From: Monocercomonoides exilis PA203
Taxonomy: Eukaryota; Protista; Preaxostyla
Direction: 5' to 3'
NCBI GenBank assembly: GCA_001643675.2
Contig: LSRY02000013.1
Span: 806,001 to 870,000, forward strand
DNA length: 64,000 bases
A program made the position numbers and the translations under genes. Position 1 is the first letter of the stretch. Each line of letters begins with the position of its first letter. The notes beneath the pieces are model-generated. The model did no database searches and was not told the DNA's origin. It saw only the letters and a program-made list of their open reading frames with translations. Below, in pieces: positions 52,301-60,184 of the stretch.

Positions 52301-52753
52301 TGGAAGGTGTTTTTGCAATTGATGCAAATTATATACAGAAATATTGTTGAGAACAATATTTCCGCAACAATTAGAAAAAATGAAATTTTGTGCATATCCT
52401 AATGAATAAAATTTGGAATCTTTAACCAGAAGGTTGGAGGAAATATCAACAAGGGGAAATGCGATTTTTTCGCTGTGTTGAATTGATGAATCAGCGATTT
52501 CCACAGTTGAATTTTTGAGTGAAGTTACGAGATCTATAACACTTGTTTCAAAATAGCTGTGTAACTCTATGGATTTGCATTCGTCTATATTTTTTGTTGG
52601 CATGATAATACCGTTTTCTGATTTACCGTTCAAATTTGTTTGGGTCTCGTAAAACAAGTTATTTTCATTTTCTTGAAAATCACTAATTGTCACTGTTTCA
52701 CAAGCAAATATTTGCCCCAAAAAAATGATGTATGCATTCGCCACAAATTGCAT
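40355..52753 (-). CDS. Giant type-I membrane protein: repeated beta-helix (pectin-lyase/Pmp-like) modules, one TM helix, cytoplasmic degenerate kinase-like domain
   Basis: Intronless ~4130 aa from ATG 52753 (hydrophobic MQFVANAYIIFLGQIFAC). Many GGAI/GGGI...FxxNxAxxGxD motifs and 8 CG-x-PCxT-like modules. TM WALIVIIMAIVLLIVLIVSVILAVRW (~41579-41656). Tail has LRWKAPELL..SVAFSIGMMLWECLT..PF..NRPS. Confidence 0.88.
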   Translation of the reverse strand: MQFVANAYIIFLGQIFACETVTISDFQENENNLFYETQTNLNGKSENGIIMPTKNIDECKSIELHSYFETSVIDLVTSLKNSTVEIADSSIQHSEKIAFPLVDISSNLLVKDSKFYSLGYAQNFIFSNCCGNIVLNNISVYNLHQLQKHLPLIAKGTIQTMETHSGSFSVISTCFRSFSLLQIPFIFSSELNSVGITTSSFTNISSLTADFEEGFRNISRYNFFVKIHCSIFDTVNDVFDGGIVHSINVPNSFLNSFNNTFCRMQKYSNLNAIYSGEEGHISIQESSHFENDVFVNCSSSYGGGIYAIVKDTDLIVNCCSFRNCKSVFSGGAIHGESLHSVCINMSDFSNCSCFDSSSTGYGGCLHFLEIIDGAVIQHSTFFGSKQMNYGGALFFRARDYVVFSSTADSVFNCSFTNNEVKVNCGGTIAFEQTKSDFFVTECVIENSTSSEAGGALYLAILPNMNYNDSNINFCFFHNNSCATSSKGNDLFIVDSNCKFLKEKFSCTFSTCLQNRAFHSVLGFNLDLIPLFEKRFIDSSIGNDTKWTCGLRINETCKTINGAIIHSIEQHSWVLEIVSEEVREGKMEIGEKTIRICPNENSQKLKRTLITTHKDGSLFLITTGSLQIEFMNISSTIADNSNSISLFELKGSGELTVNNCIVGCANELSVHTIESPIVKIEKGKASIISSIIENFVLAQQASLLTVGSLAHLEMSQVIIRKIRKVEGDGSVLRISIDNDEKFDLDNCTFSECACENGNGGCVHFSTGGRGRLSVGNCSSIANSTQFSGCRASSREGSRGRGGGIYLRLCNASFDYCFKNVGFERNEAKWGNDVFVESTDLKTSITNSSMEFMCRFSEGLEDVIGIDEKWSDVFIPLEYYVLRREEKVAVGNEGYDVSACGFFNYPCKTLEYSILQLEETNREIIFHPQYRIMENMIFGDERGYVLGGVDEKSSVMAVGNTGSTNGVLIVKSNVTIELLRFMLQSSLLYSEMSVVALLEERARISMNECDVCEDETVDTIEYHFLVMRAGKASMKKLSISSLSLISMPFVYACGLTSEIDMSDLSVSDVHMNECSFLKSESAKNVNVSMCNFSSVVLEHGDGSLVNGIIGTNQRMSIDGGLLNGKCKMGNGGGIRVVIEDEGIIRIGNETSVTFEKCYANGEDLSGGLGGGMILKVKGGRDFLLTMVRFVMCNASKYGRDMFVEARSFTEVINNRSIGFSTNITDMSTLMGFENEKQYAIPLVLYLRSEPVSIVVKGENGNDFDKCGYEGYPCLTLDFALEKRKGILGICSEIEGSVEMSHEHIVMEGKVEIKGKALENEINITAEGEKILEVLVQNGASTVVENVKIKVPTQLNGRKGLFRNVEGVLSIISTKIELKSGTSVDYKMLEVIKGSAILSSVIVHGICFLDCQFCKASGEGLITLSSSNISGCSSTISTGLIEVSEKGALSIHGCVITGNSELTSCTAIWMSEGRSISVSNSNFSSWKRKEGNGTVASAIVGEGTSFEWRGVVVSDCTAEAGSGGGMKMKIKEDGMIRIGNEGVSTLFRRCKSMKDRNGEGYGGGVSIECCGKGSKNFVLESLSFENNEARIGINLFGEGHELNKSFLKSSLKIGAFGTNTLSNEFVGLDWKDNVIVPLSLFVNEWSEPGYVGIGGVDYALCGFEWYPCLTIGYAGRTRFEGDNANIRILSGFKIICEVIIDTQEMNIDTSSEMELVKINESIGGGEEGIFVVKESVASLSHILFCAPPRISGVHNSLFICLGGTLNVTKCSIEAESGSLEYQFAKCCSGAMVIESVLMKDIEFLSTEAVIIEGMEAHGVIDSVVFKNVKSEGGIGLVCVNEVASVRCENSTFNSSAFSSHPAIAFAELTTIQLKNNTFEELVRNDGDGGAIVGIVGSEKKAIVKECFFWNITCLDESGKGGSVFVEVKKGGVFECDSNEVKESKVDTESGHGGGIHLTLDSTELTYSMKNIEFGRNEAFEGKDVFVVCPIARVSVNAMWWAGSADEDDLEKKQLWVYETSTGRSMSMLPYLFPADDAIVFVKGNDGENSNDCGIEVRPCFDVKFGVGRMNNNQSIIQIIERGVIGGIVQRNEKSLTIRGGKNENSLMIIEVGGHLELKNGGANAGLTLNRLQILLPCISSFTEVLIVSSGGCSIVNCSFGTGEGTEMIEDIWIVRGSGGLIMMSGIAIECGPFKGIGGVFSGNNCTFVIENTEIMNVHSAGCTLITCEDCKIVEVNGVCVVNCSSELTLFQTRNVQDLSVKNGSCFDGCIAEKGNGGGIKNEMSGSETMKFENCSLKNCKTVAVNEKGGGIYLSFGESFQSNYLLKDVSFGNNSATYGRDVFVFSISLNETIRSTCFVNLSSIEEVSIDLKGEDAEYFIEKPVNLVHFLEQYHSSRVFVSEKGYDMSGCGMVEYPCQTFWRGYSNTEKSMDVHEMVVDGSTYVRDCYDVSRFSIFSFTMEQSLYATLEISTNNIRDKVKGVLMNGDSLDILWIDFLLLQPSSGAVTCLIFSNAYSEGILLDHCIFKIISDIAIEFSIVVVGSGSVIMNECKVQNYSSSVSLFELSAAATMSIERIMIEDVALGDCSVFALSPSTTAKEASKNEMSGIVLNRSIFSKLESDLAKEGIVLRGAAYGDVMLCGCEMKDINSMRSENGGAIYAEIKGQGSVLLKETMIKRCKCNTDSGKGGGALVNSMEALSANKFAFEKVEFEENGASLGVNIFIWDINLNESITTESFKIDGLSSETDGNLFAGSDNSFDYVDLLMFIVEYRGSEVHVSKDGYDALRCGSESEPCGSLMMGLNHIDEGEVKKVVVKDEIGIYETCNLSGFEIGSLVVMSEEKRMGTISFEESKGGDIAILNKKSLRVVGIEFVASETFKNDREALILNENGEIMLRKCSMRSLHTSITPGLFSFLLCDGGELIVEEVDVVNVNADRSIFVVCGARKCEVNNIIVSSVNMWKGSVLDVQRAKESKMEDEEPESISMFKIDNSSFEAIVKNGNGPGVLNCNSSHLLDVVVNKSSVQICSSSLSEKGGMMMMHLDEGGSVKVWCTAILLCGCSTSKGRGGGIFIGTTFEGDLPMMFASIGFESNTAYSGRDLFIECQNISSQINETQFRQVFSSEVYNQINAMYGIDHSNYSDVPVNLLDFIMIYQSDTIFVSSAIDIENDNSRKCGTRMLPCSTIAYGFDHVTRIFESKILIEEESEIEREIILDEITIRSKLKEQAIVRIGLQMQCTCECVINANANVELSYLTFKFSRLFESSHKTFMDINSGVVLISKVQVEGEEEKEKGNVPFHIFSVHGGELNIENFSAKNVQVGSDFFFIEGESSINIVDVSISYISLSFSFIQSDAISSNIVLKEITVECVTLEHGSLISLARTSGLNFENSKYEKTLKLTLCSFQNISKSTVGASILILDGKNYNVFDSINCSISECFSISKFGSIFDLRFIHQATVDSCHFEGKLKNENLPANDAQEICVWNGSLISIENSNATMRETTVANSSEGGVGISGGKVEIEKGEFVGNDPSIARFPSIRRNILCEHNGKLEIDSLKGGDGLLPNTSLWILNEGCELTGIPTERLSEFFIPSLDAVEVKENGDAAELTFKGRLLIPCNLSFQIVSKIDDVSSIETFPFSEDCFDSENEAKGKISMSLISSAAREEEVFVCILFGKGKTFSSTDSLILKNKSESQTSGDERIAEGEKEGKSSWALIVIIMAIVLLIVLIVSVILAVRWRKAKNEAEDLREIVNANIRKDPKAFEMVTMEMSPEAQWKRAEREAEKKNDERIKKREYAKSLQHSESSEHLLAESGSTEYILGKDSDKIPEWILEKVDEEETRKRTPSPSISSTSSTDTSDTESTFVRREDLCPTTSSMSNLVDAMACSSPHEKLIVDLRDSLFMLLHGKNEKKEMAIGTLEEREMTAAQILFWVANLALHSFDEMENKLQSLSNLSPHIVLFSEHMVICIVMHSDLLSDDSDSSSISSSTVITSASDDDDDESDSLPSSAFDDEDSFKKECLRWKAPELLINKNMGATKESVAFSIGMMLWECLTLHIPFGEYEAVIAGDKIAKGEALSMCGNAASTFSLVVSECLSFQPSNRPSLVSISREFFQKFPESAKLPTMTDALFTNQQSAISRNSCCSY

Positions 52754-53835
52754 CAATGGCGCCGATATTTGAGTTCCTAATCTAAGAATAAGCAATTTTT
52801 CAACTTTTTTATGATCAAACCTTAATCACAAACTTCCGATTTTTTTATTTTGAATAAATGGAAAATCATATCGAGTTAAAGAATATACAAAAGATATCTC
52901 ATCTCAACAACATTATAAAAAATGGACAATTAGAGTTTAATTTATTCCTCTTTTTTATATTATCTTTTGTTTTTCTACTATGATAACAGTTTTGCAAGAG
53001 CTGATATCAATGAAAAAGAAATATAAAAGAGAAGAGAAGAGTTTTGTAACAAATTGTGAGAATTTAAGATTGAAAAGGCTGAAATTGCAGCATTTGGAAC
53101 AAAATTCAGAAAGCGATAAATTTTGTCTCATTTTCATAAAGCGATATCTCTTTAAATGTGAATCGATGTTCATTTTCCATCTGGAAAATATCCTGATCAA
53201 ATTTTTCTTCTCTCTTCTCTTCTCTTCTCTTCTCTTTTTTATTCTTTTTATCATTGAACATTAACTCGTGCGAAGTTGAGTTCAAGTCCCAGAAGACATA
53301 AAATTTATTATCTAAAAAAAGATGACTATGTTATTCTTCATGAATCGTTGCATATGAATTATTTCCGAGTCAAATATAACGTTGGTTTTTCAAATCTTTA
53401 TCTGAAACCGACAACTTAAACCACAAAAAATATTATCACAAATTAATTTGCATGGTCAACTAGAAATTGATTCCATTCCTTGAAAATTTGAAGAGAAGGT
53501 CACAAAAATAGATCAAAAAATGCAACCATCACATTTGAATGGTGAATTTTTTCATTCGCTTCTTTTGAAAAGAATAACACAAGAATAAGTCAAATAATTC
53601 ACCAATCTGTCCATTTACTATAAAGGTCTCATTTTTGAAGTTATTATTTCTGTACGAATGTTATTTAGAGAAAATTATTGAACTTGGTCAAATTGAGGGA
53701 AAGAAGAATTTTAAACAAAATTCAAAAGCTAGATTTTAAGCTATATTTGTGTTATAAAAATAGATAATCTTTCACATTTGAATTAAAAAGAGAACGAAAT
53801 TTCATATATTTGTCTATTAGGTGAAAAAAGACAAT

Positions 53836-56355
53836 TCAAGTCTGTGATAATAAAGATTGCTTCCATGTTTCATCGATCTTGTGACGCTCTTCAGGATCCA
53901 TCAACTGGCGCTCAAGAACCTGAAGATCTCTATCAGAAATTATCTCTACTTCTTCTTCAATTCCGCACCACATTGATGAAGCAGGAGTGAAAACAAGCTC
54001 TTCGTTTGTAAGCAATTTTTGTATTTTGGCATCTTCTTCTTCTTTTTTAACCTCTGTAGCCGAAGCTTTCTTTGCCCTGTGATCCTCAATGGTTGTTCTT
54101 ATGTCTCGTATTTTCGATCGTGTTTGGGCAACTTTCTCTCTCCTTGCAAGTTCTTTGCTGCTGGCTGACTTTATCGAAGAGAAAAGTTCACACATCTGCA
54201 TCGATCCTTCAATCTCTGATGCCCACTCAGGGTACATCTTGCATTCGTTGTTGAGTGCAGAAGGGCAGCGAGAAAGGCAGAAAGCTAACCTTCCGCTGCA
54301 TAGCAATCGCCTTGCTGAAAGTTCTTGGACATCCGCCGCATTCGCAAGAGGAGTTGCAGGATACCCTCGCTCTGCCCTGAAGCTTTCCATTGTTGCTTGG
54401 CGATACCACTGCGAATGCAAAAAGAGAGCCAGACACATGTCTTGAAGAGGCGTATCTTCATCTTCAGCAGTAAATAATGGAAGTTGTAGAACTGTTGAAG
54501 AAAATGAAAAATCAAGCATTCTCTTTCCACCAAAAAGAGGTGCAAGAGAATGACGAAGTGGCGTGGATGGTGGTAAAGTTTTGACATCAGAAGAAGTGGG
54601 CTTATAAGTGCTATGGATCCATTGTCCCATAGTTGCTTCATAAGTGTTTGCATTAAACCACTGCTTGTACCAGGCAAGCATTGCAATTTTCGCTAAATGT
54701 GCTAAAACAGATTTTGGAAGTGGAGGGTCTGTTTCAGCAAGTCCAGATAGCGTTAGCTGCTCTTTCTTTTCGACAGTCACAAGCGGAATAAGCTCGGATC
54801 CGTCTTTGCCTAAGCAATCCAACAAAGGATTTCTCTCCTTTTTCTTCTTTTCGGCTTCTTCGATTGCAAGCCACAATGCCATCACTTCTTGATATTTGTT
54901 GCTATTCCACAGTCTGTTCATCGTTATCAACAGCACATCCGTTGGGCATTGCGTTGGAGGAGGCAACTCATCTTCCTTGAAATCGGCATATTTCCAGTAA
55001 ACTCCTCTTTTCTTCGAAGCTATTTCTTTCTCATCTTTAGAAACTTTTGAAGATGAAGAAGCGGACTTTGATTCAACAGTCAAAGGTTTGCAAATGCTGC
55101 AGCTACAAAGAAATCCACATTGTCTGATCAAAGTGACAGCACGAACCTCCTCCGAAAATGGTCTCCATGCAGGCCTGTAAGAAACATTTATCTCATCTCC
55201 TGCTTTGATGTGTCTGTCAACAATCAGTCTTCGTGCTGTACCATCACACACAATCACTGCATTTGGATCACAAGAGTGATTAATGCGGCATAGGCAACGA
55301 TAGTATCCAAAGCCATATGGAGTTCCCGTGGGAGATGATGCACTGATGCACCAGTCACTGTGCGCTGAGAGGATGCCATACATAAAAGACAGAAGAGATG
55401 TGGTCAATCCCTGTGTTTCTGGAATCATTCTCGTAACAGGTGCAGTTGTGGAGGGATCTGGTGATGGAGATACGACTTTTTGCATCTTAATTTTTCTTTC
55501 AGAAAGATTCAGAAAATGTGTAAGCACTTCTGGTTGCTCAAGCTCTGTGCGCTTAATGCTTTGTTGAGAAAGAGAATAATCTGCGAGATAACGGCAAATA
55601 TCTTTTCTATTTCCATCAAATATATTTATTAGCTGCGACAGTAACTGCCATTCTGGATCAGTACTTGGAATTGAACTATCCCAATCTGTTGCTGATGGAT
55701 CTAATTCATCTTGAAGCAGTCCGTCCATAACTCTAACATTCTCGCTAATTGATGCAGACTGTTTACTGCTCGCCGCTTCTTTTTTCACCGAATCTAATAA
55801 AATGTTCACAAACAATGCAGGTCTTTCCGATACAAGCAGCGTTCCTCTATGAAAATCATTAGCAGCTACAATGTAATAATTTTTATCTTTGTTCCATCGC
55901 AATCTTATTGGACAATTTGACGAATTATTGCTTTGATAGCAAAAATATCCTTTTCCTTCTGAAAACACTTTTGATCCATTTAAAAGGTTAACGCTTTGCC
56001 TATACTTTTCTGCAATACTTTTATCAGCAGGAGATAACGACTTTGCCATGAAAATATCACATTCAGCTTCAAGGAATAGCCCCAATTCCATTCGACACCA
56101 TCCACGTCTAAACCAAGCCTTAGCATTTGCTCTATCAACATTATTCGATAAAAGAGCTTCTGTTGCATCAGCTTCACCATCTTTCCAACGCTTTAATTTT
56201 ATATTGCACATTGAACGGTTGTTATAGATTAATTCTCTTTGTTCTTCTGTAGTTGCGTTTTCAATGGCTGAAGTCCACAGTTCCAGTGCTTTTTCGTATT
56301 CTCCATTAGCGAATTTCCCCTTTGCTAGATTATTTAAATCTTCAGTCGAAGACAT
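53836..56355 (-). CDS. TPR + SET domain protein (SMYD-like lysine methyltransferase)
   Basis: Three N-terminal TPRs (IYNNRSMC, AKAWFRRG). Split SET domain: YYIVAANDFHRGTLLVSERP ... RINHSCDPNA..IKAGDEINVSY, then post-SET FLCSCSIC. Confidence 0.88.
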   Translation of the reverse strand: MSSTEDLNNLAKGKFANGEYEKALELWTSAIENATTEEQRELIYNNRSMCNIKLKRWKDGEADATEALLSNNVDRANAKAWFRRGWCRMELGLFLEAECDIFMAKSLSPADKSIAEKYRQSVNLLNGSKVFSEGKGYFCYQSNNSSNCPIRLRWNKDKNYYIVAANDFHRGTLLVSERPALFVNILLDSVKKEAASSKQSASISENVRVMDGLLQDELDPSATDWDSSIPSTDPEWQLLSQLINIFDGNRKDICRYLADYSLSQQSIKRTELEQPEVLTHFLNLSERKIKMQKVVSPSPDPSTTAPVTRMIPETQGLTTSLLSFMYGILSAHSDWCISASSPTGTPYGFGYYRCLCRINHSCDPNAVIVCDGTARRLIVDRHIKAGDEINVSYRPAWRPFSEEVRAVTLIRQCGFLCSCSICKPLTVESKSASSSSKVSKDEKEIASKKRGVYWKYADFKEDELPPPTQCPTDVLLITMNRLWNSNKYQEVMALWLAIEEAEKKKKERNPLLDCLGKDGSELIPLVTVEKKEQLTLSGLAETDPPLPKSVLAHLAKIAMLAWYKQWFNANTYEATMGQWIHSTYKPTSSDVKTLPPSTPLRHSLAPLFGGKRMLDFSFSSTVLQLPLFTAEDEDTPLQDMCLALFLHSQWYRQATMESFRAERGYPATPLANAADVQELSARRLLCSGRLAFCLSRCPSALNNECKMYPEWASEIEGSMQMCELFSSIKSASSKELARREKVAQTRSKIRDIRTTIEDHRAKKASATEVKKEEEDAKIQKLLTNEELVFTPASSMWCGIEEEVEIISDRDLQVLERQLMDPEERHKIDETWKQSLLSQT

Positions 56356-56539
56356 TTGAAGTTAGAAGTAAAATTGTCTTTTTAATAATAAAAGAATATA
56401 TCTATGATCAAAAAACAAAATCAACTAAAATGTAAAAAACAATCTAAATCACAACAGTGATATGAATATAAATTATAACTTAACATAAATAATTTGGAGA
56501 ATATAAAATTTATCTGACAATAAACAAAAAGATATCTAT

Positions 56540-59500
56540 TTATGCACGTCTTTTACCAAATGTTCCCCATTGAACAGGAACTTCGCTCTTTCGGGTGTCT
56601 ATCCAAGGCTTTGCATTGCTTTCTGAAACTCTGACAACTCTTACCACTTCCACCTTAGCTTTTGGCTCGCACAATTCGAACTGAGAAAAAAAGAAAAAAA
56701 AATTAACAAATGAATATGTTAAGATTCAAAATACTTGATATCGATATCATACCACAACTTTAAGCGGAGCAGGAATATGTGTGAATGTTGTCTTTTGCTG
56801 GTTGCCGTTAACAAAAAAGTGGGCCTGAGTAGGATTTGATTCGAAGTCCATCTCCACAGCAACAATATCTCCATCGCCAAATCTTTCATTCATCAAATGC
56901 CACTGTTTTCCATGCCGCATAGGAGCAGAACTGAAAAACAGAACAAAGAAAAGAAAAGAAAAGAAAAGAAAAGAAAAGAAAAGAAAAGAAAAGAAAAGAA
57001 AAGAAAAAGAAAAGAAAAGAAAAAGAAAAGAAAAAGAAAAGAAAAAGAAAAGAAAAAGAAAAGAAAAGAAAAGAAAAGAAAAGAAAAGAAAAGAAAAAGA
57101 AAAGAAAAGAAAAGAAAAGAAAAGAAAAGAAAAGAAAAGAAAAGAAAAGAAAAGAAAAGAAAAGAAAAGAAAAGAAAAGAAAAGAAAAGAAAAGAAAAGA
57201 AAAGAAAAGAAAAGAAAAGAAAAGAAAAGAAAAGAAAAGAAAAGAAAAGAAAAGAAAAGAAAAAGAAAAGAAAAAGAAAAAGAAAAGAAAAGAAAAGAAA
57301 AGAAAAGAAAAGAAAAGAAAAGAAAAGAAAAGAAAAAGAAAAGAAAAAGAAAAGAAAAGAAAAGAAAAGAAAAGAAAAGAAAAGAAAAGAAAAGAAAAGA
57401 AAAGAAAAGAAAAGAAAAGAAAAGAAAAGAAAAGAAAAGAAAAAGAAAAGAAAAAGAAAAGAAAAAGAAAAGAAAAGAAAAGAAAAGAAAAGAAAAGAAA
57501 AGAAAAGAAAAGAAAAGAAAAGAAAAGAAAAGAAAAGAAAAGAAAAGAAAAGAAAAGAAAAGAAAAGAAAAGAAAAGAAAAGAAAAAATGAAATGAACAG
57601 AACAAGAATTTATTTTTTTAAAAAAAACAGATGGTGATTACTTGAATTACTAAATACATGAGTGTTCATACTCAGTTCCATAATAGCCAGCACTGTGAAA
57701 GTCTCTTCCAGGCCGATAATCACCAGGGATGACATACGAGAAGTCGCATATTCCAAATGCTAAAATGAAAATAGGTCAAAATGAATATGTCAAATGGATT
57801 CGAATAATTAATTGGAATTAAGTTGAATAAATGATATCAAAATTGACAATTGAAAGAAGAAAAGAAATTTTTCATTCTTCAAATAAATCTTTTCTTTCTT
57901 TCATTGGAATTCACTTCTCTCTCTTTTCTTTTCTTCTTCTTCTTCTTTCTCTCATTCATTTCTCATTCATTTCTCTTCTCATTTTTGCATACATTGTTGT
58001 GCGTGTGGCTGTATAAACTTCAGCTCAACATGCCAAATACCCGTCCCAAATTCTTCATTGATAGCAACGCACGACGTGGCAGCGCCAAGACATTCAACAA
58101 CATTTCTGCTGGATGTGCATTTGCCTGGATTGGGAAACTGGAACGTGAGTGTTGTAGGGTCAATTTCTTCCTCTGTTCAAATGAAAAAGGCGAAATTCAA
58201 GCCAAATAAATAGAAATAAAGTTTAATTTGAAAAAAAAAAAATCAATCATCAAAATCAAATTTCCGAATGAAAGAACAGGCAAAAAAATTAGATAAATTC
58301 ACCAAACCGACATTCGTGACCACAACAATCGGCTGCCGGATAACTTCTCTTCTCTTCGTAGTCGAAACAGAAGGTGTTCTTGACATCGTAGCAGAAGGCG
58401 AACCCGAAGCAGATGCTGACCTCTTCAGCTTCATGCTGTAGATGGATGACACATCTGACAGCTCTGATTCAATCTTCGACAGCGACATCAGATCAAAGTC
58501 CTTTTCTTTCTCTTTCTCTTTATCTTTATCTTTCTTCTTCTTGTCTTTTTTATCCTTTTTGTCTTTCTTCTTCTCTTTCTTATCCTTTTTGGCTTCTTCG
58601 CTTTCTGAAAGTGACATGCTCAGCCTGTCACTCTCTATTTCTCTTCCTCTCCTTCCGCCATATGGCTCTGCTGAATCTTCTTTTCTCCTCTCCAGCTCTT
58701 CTGTCCACTTCTTCTCTTTCTCCCACCGCTCTTCTTCTGTCTCCATCAGCGTGCCCATCATAAGCGCCTTGTCAATTCTCCGCTTTAATATTGTTGCTGC
58801 TGAATTAACAACTTTTGCTGTTGGTGCATCATCAGCCACAACCACAGATAATCTCTGAAGCGAAGCCAGCATTTTTCGAGGCATCGTCCCATTTTCAACA
58901 GCATCTGTTCCGCTGATCAGCGCTTGCAAAACTTCTGCATAACATTTTTTGGATTGATTTGGCCTTGATGATTCAAAAGCATCGTAGCATCTTTCAATAA
59001 ATCCACTTTTTGCAACACACAAGCATGCAGATCCACTTCCAGACAGAAGCGCCAGAAGTGCAGTTTTAGCAGAATTAAACATAGATGGATTTTTTGACTG
59101 AATAAAAAAATTTTTTTTGTTTGTGATGAAAAAAGTAATGAAACATACCTCCAGCATATCCAGAAGTGGGATTACAACCATGTTTATCTGAGCCTCGCTG
59201 CTTATAGATTCTACATGATTGGTCAATAATGATAGAAGGTCAACACTCAAAAGCTGTTAAAATAACAATAAATACTTATCAAAAAAGTGAATGCAAACAT
59301 AAACAGGATCTTGAGCCTCTGCAGTGCGCAAAATTTCTGTTAACGTAGGTACAATACCCAAATAAAACATTTTTAAAATGAGTTGTTTCTCTAATATTTG
59401 TGAAAGTCGTGAAAATAACACAAAATGAAAAAAGAATCTCCAAACGAAACAATGCCAGAAACGTCAATTTACGAAGTGTCTGCTCTCTAGTTTCTATGGA

Positions 59501-59666
59501 AAAGCGAAGTGAAATGATCAACTCATCGACTTGAGTTGGCTATATTTGATTAGAACAACAAAACAGAAAATCAATGAAAGAAATTGAATAGAAGAAATCA
59601 AGGGCAAACATTGATGGTTTCGTTAATAAAAGTAACTTGGGATATAGGAGCTGCCTTATCTTCCAT
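56540..59666 (-). CDS. Multi-exon protein: helical (ARM-like) N-terminus, Lys/Glu-rich linker, C-terminal SPRY/B30.2-like domain
   Basis: Exons splice to GIWHVELKF..FGICDFSY..GDGDIVAVEMDFESNPTQAHFFVNGNQQKTTFTHIPAPLKVV..VQWGTFGKRRA* (stop 56540-56542), similar to the gene at 21396-25327. Start uncertain (59666, or 59742 with a 1-nt homopolymer shift). Confidence 0.72.
56945..57588 (+). repeat. ~640-bp (GAAAA)n microsatellite filling intron 56931-57671
   Basis: Pure GAAAA/GAAAAA array that reads (TTTTC)n on the transcribed strand. Confidence 0.97.
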
Positions 59667-60184
59667 CGGAGCTACTTGCCAAGCAGCCTTTTCCTGTTCT
59701 TTTATGAAATGATCAATACGCCCATAAAAAATTATCACTCATTCTTTAAAAAGAAAAAAAGTGCTTTTCAAATTTGAAAAAAATTATAGAAAAATACATC
59801 ACAAACTTTCATATTTTGAGTTTTAATATAATTCTTTATTTCTCAGTGGGTGTAACAAGGGCAATTGGAAACAGCATCCTATTTCTATTTGTTTATTCAA
59901 AAAAACTTTTCTGTTTCCTCTATTTCACTTCCGAGTGCAGAATAATTTTCAGAAATATCATTCATTTGAATGGATATTTCGTTATTTTAAAAACTGTTCT
60001 TTGAGAATAATTAATTTTTATTTTTGTTTTCACGTATTTAAAGAACATCATATTCTTCATCCTGAATAATTATTTCTCATTTTCATTGCTGATTTTTTCT
60101 TAATTAACAAACAAACTTTTCAAAAAAAATGATTCAATAAAATCACAAAAATCACTCCATAATTTTAAACGTTTCTTTTCCAAG

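Noticed and set aside
56886-57637. ORFs of 239 and 246 aa (FFSFL / KEKKR repeats); similar ORFs at 37396-37800 and 24147-24467
   Set aside because: Translations of stop-free microsatellites; two lie inside traced introns.
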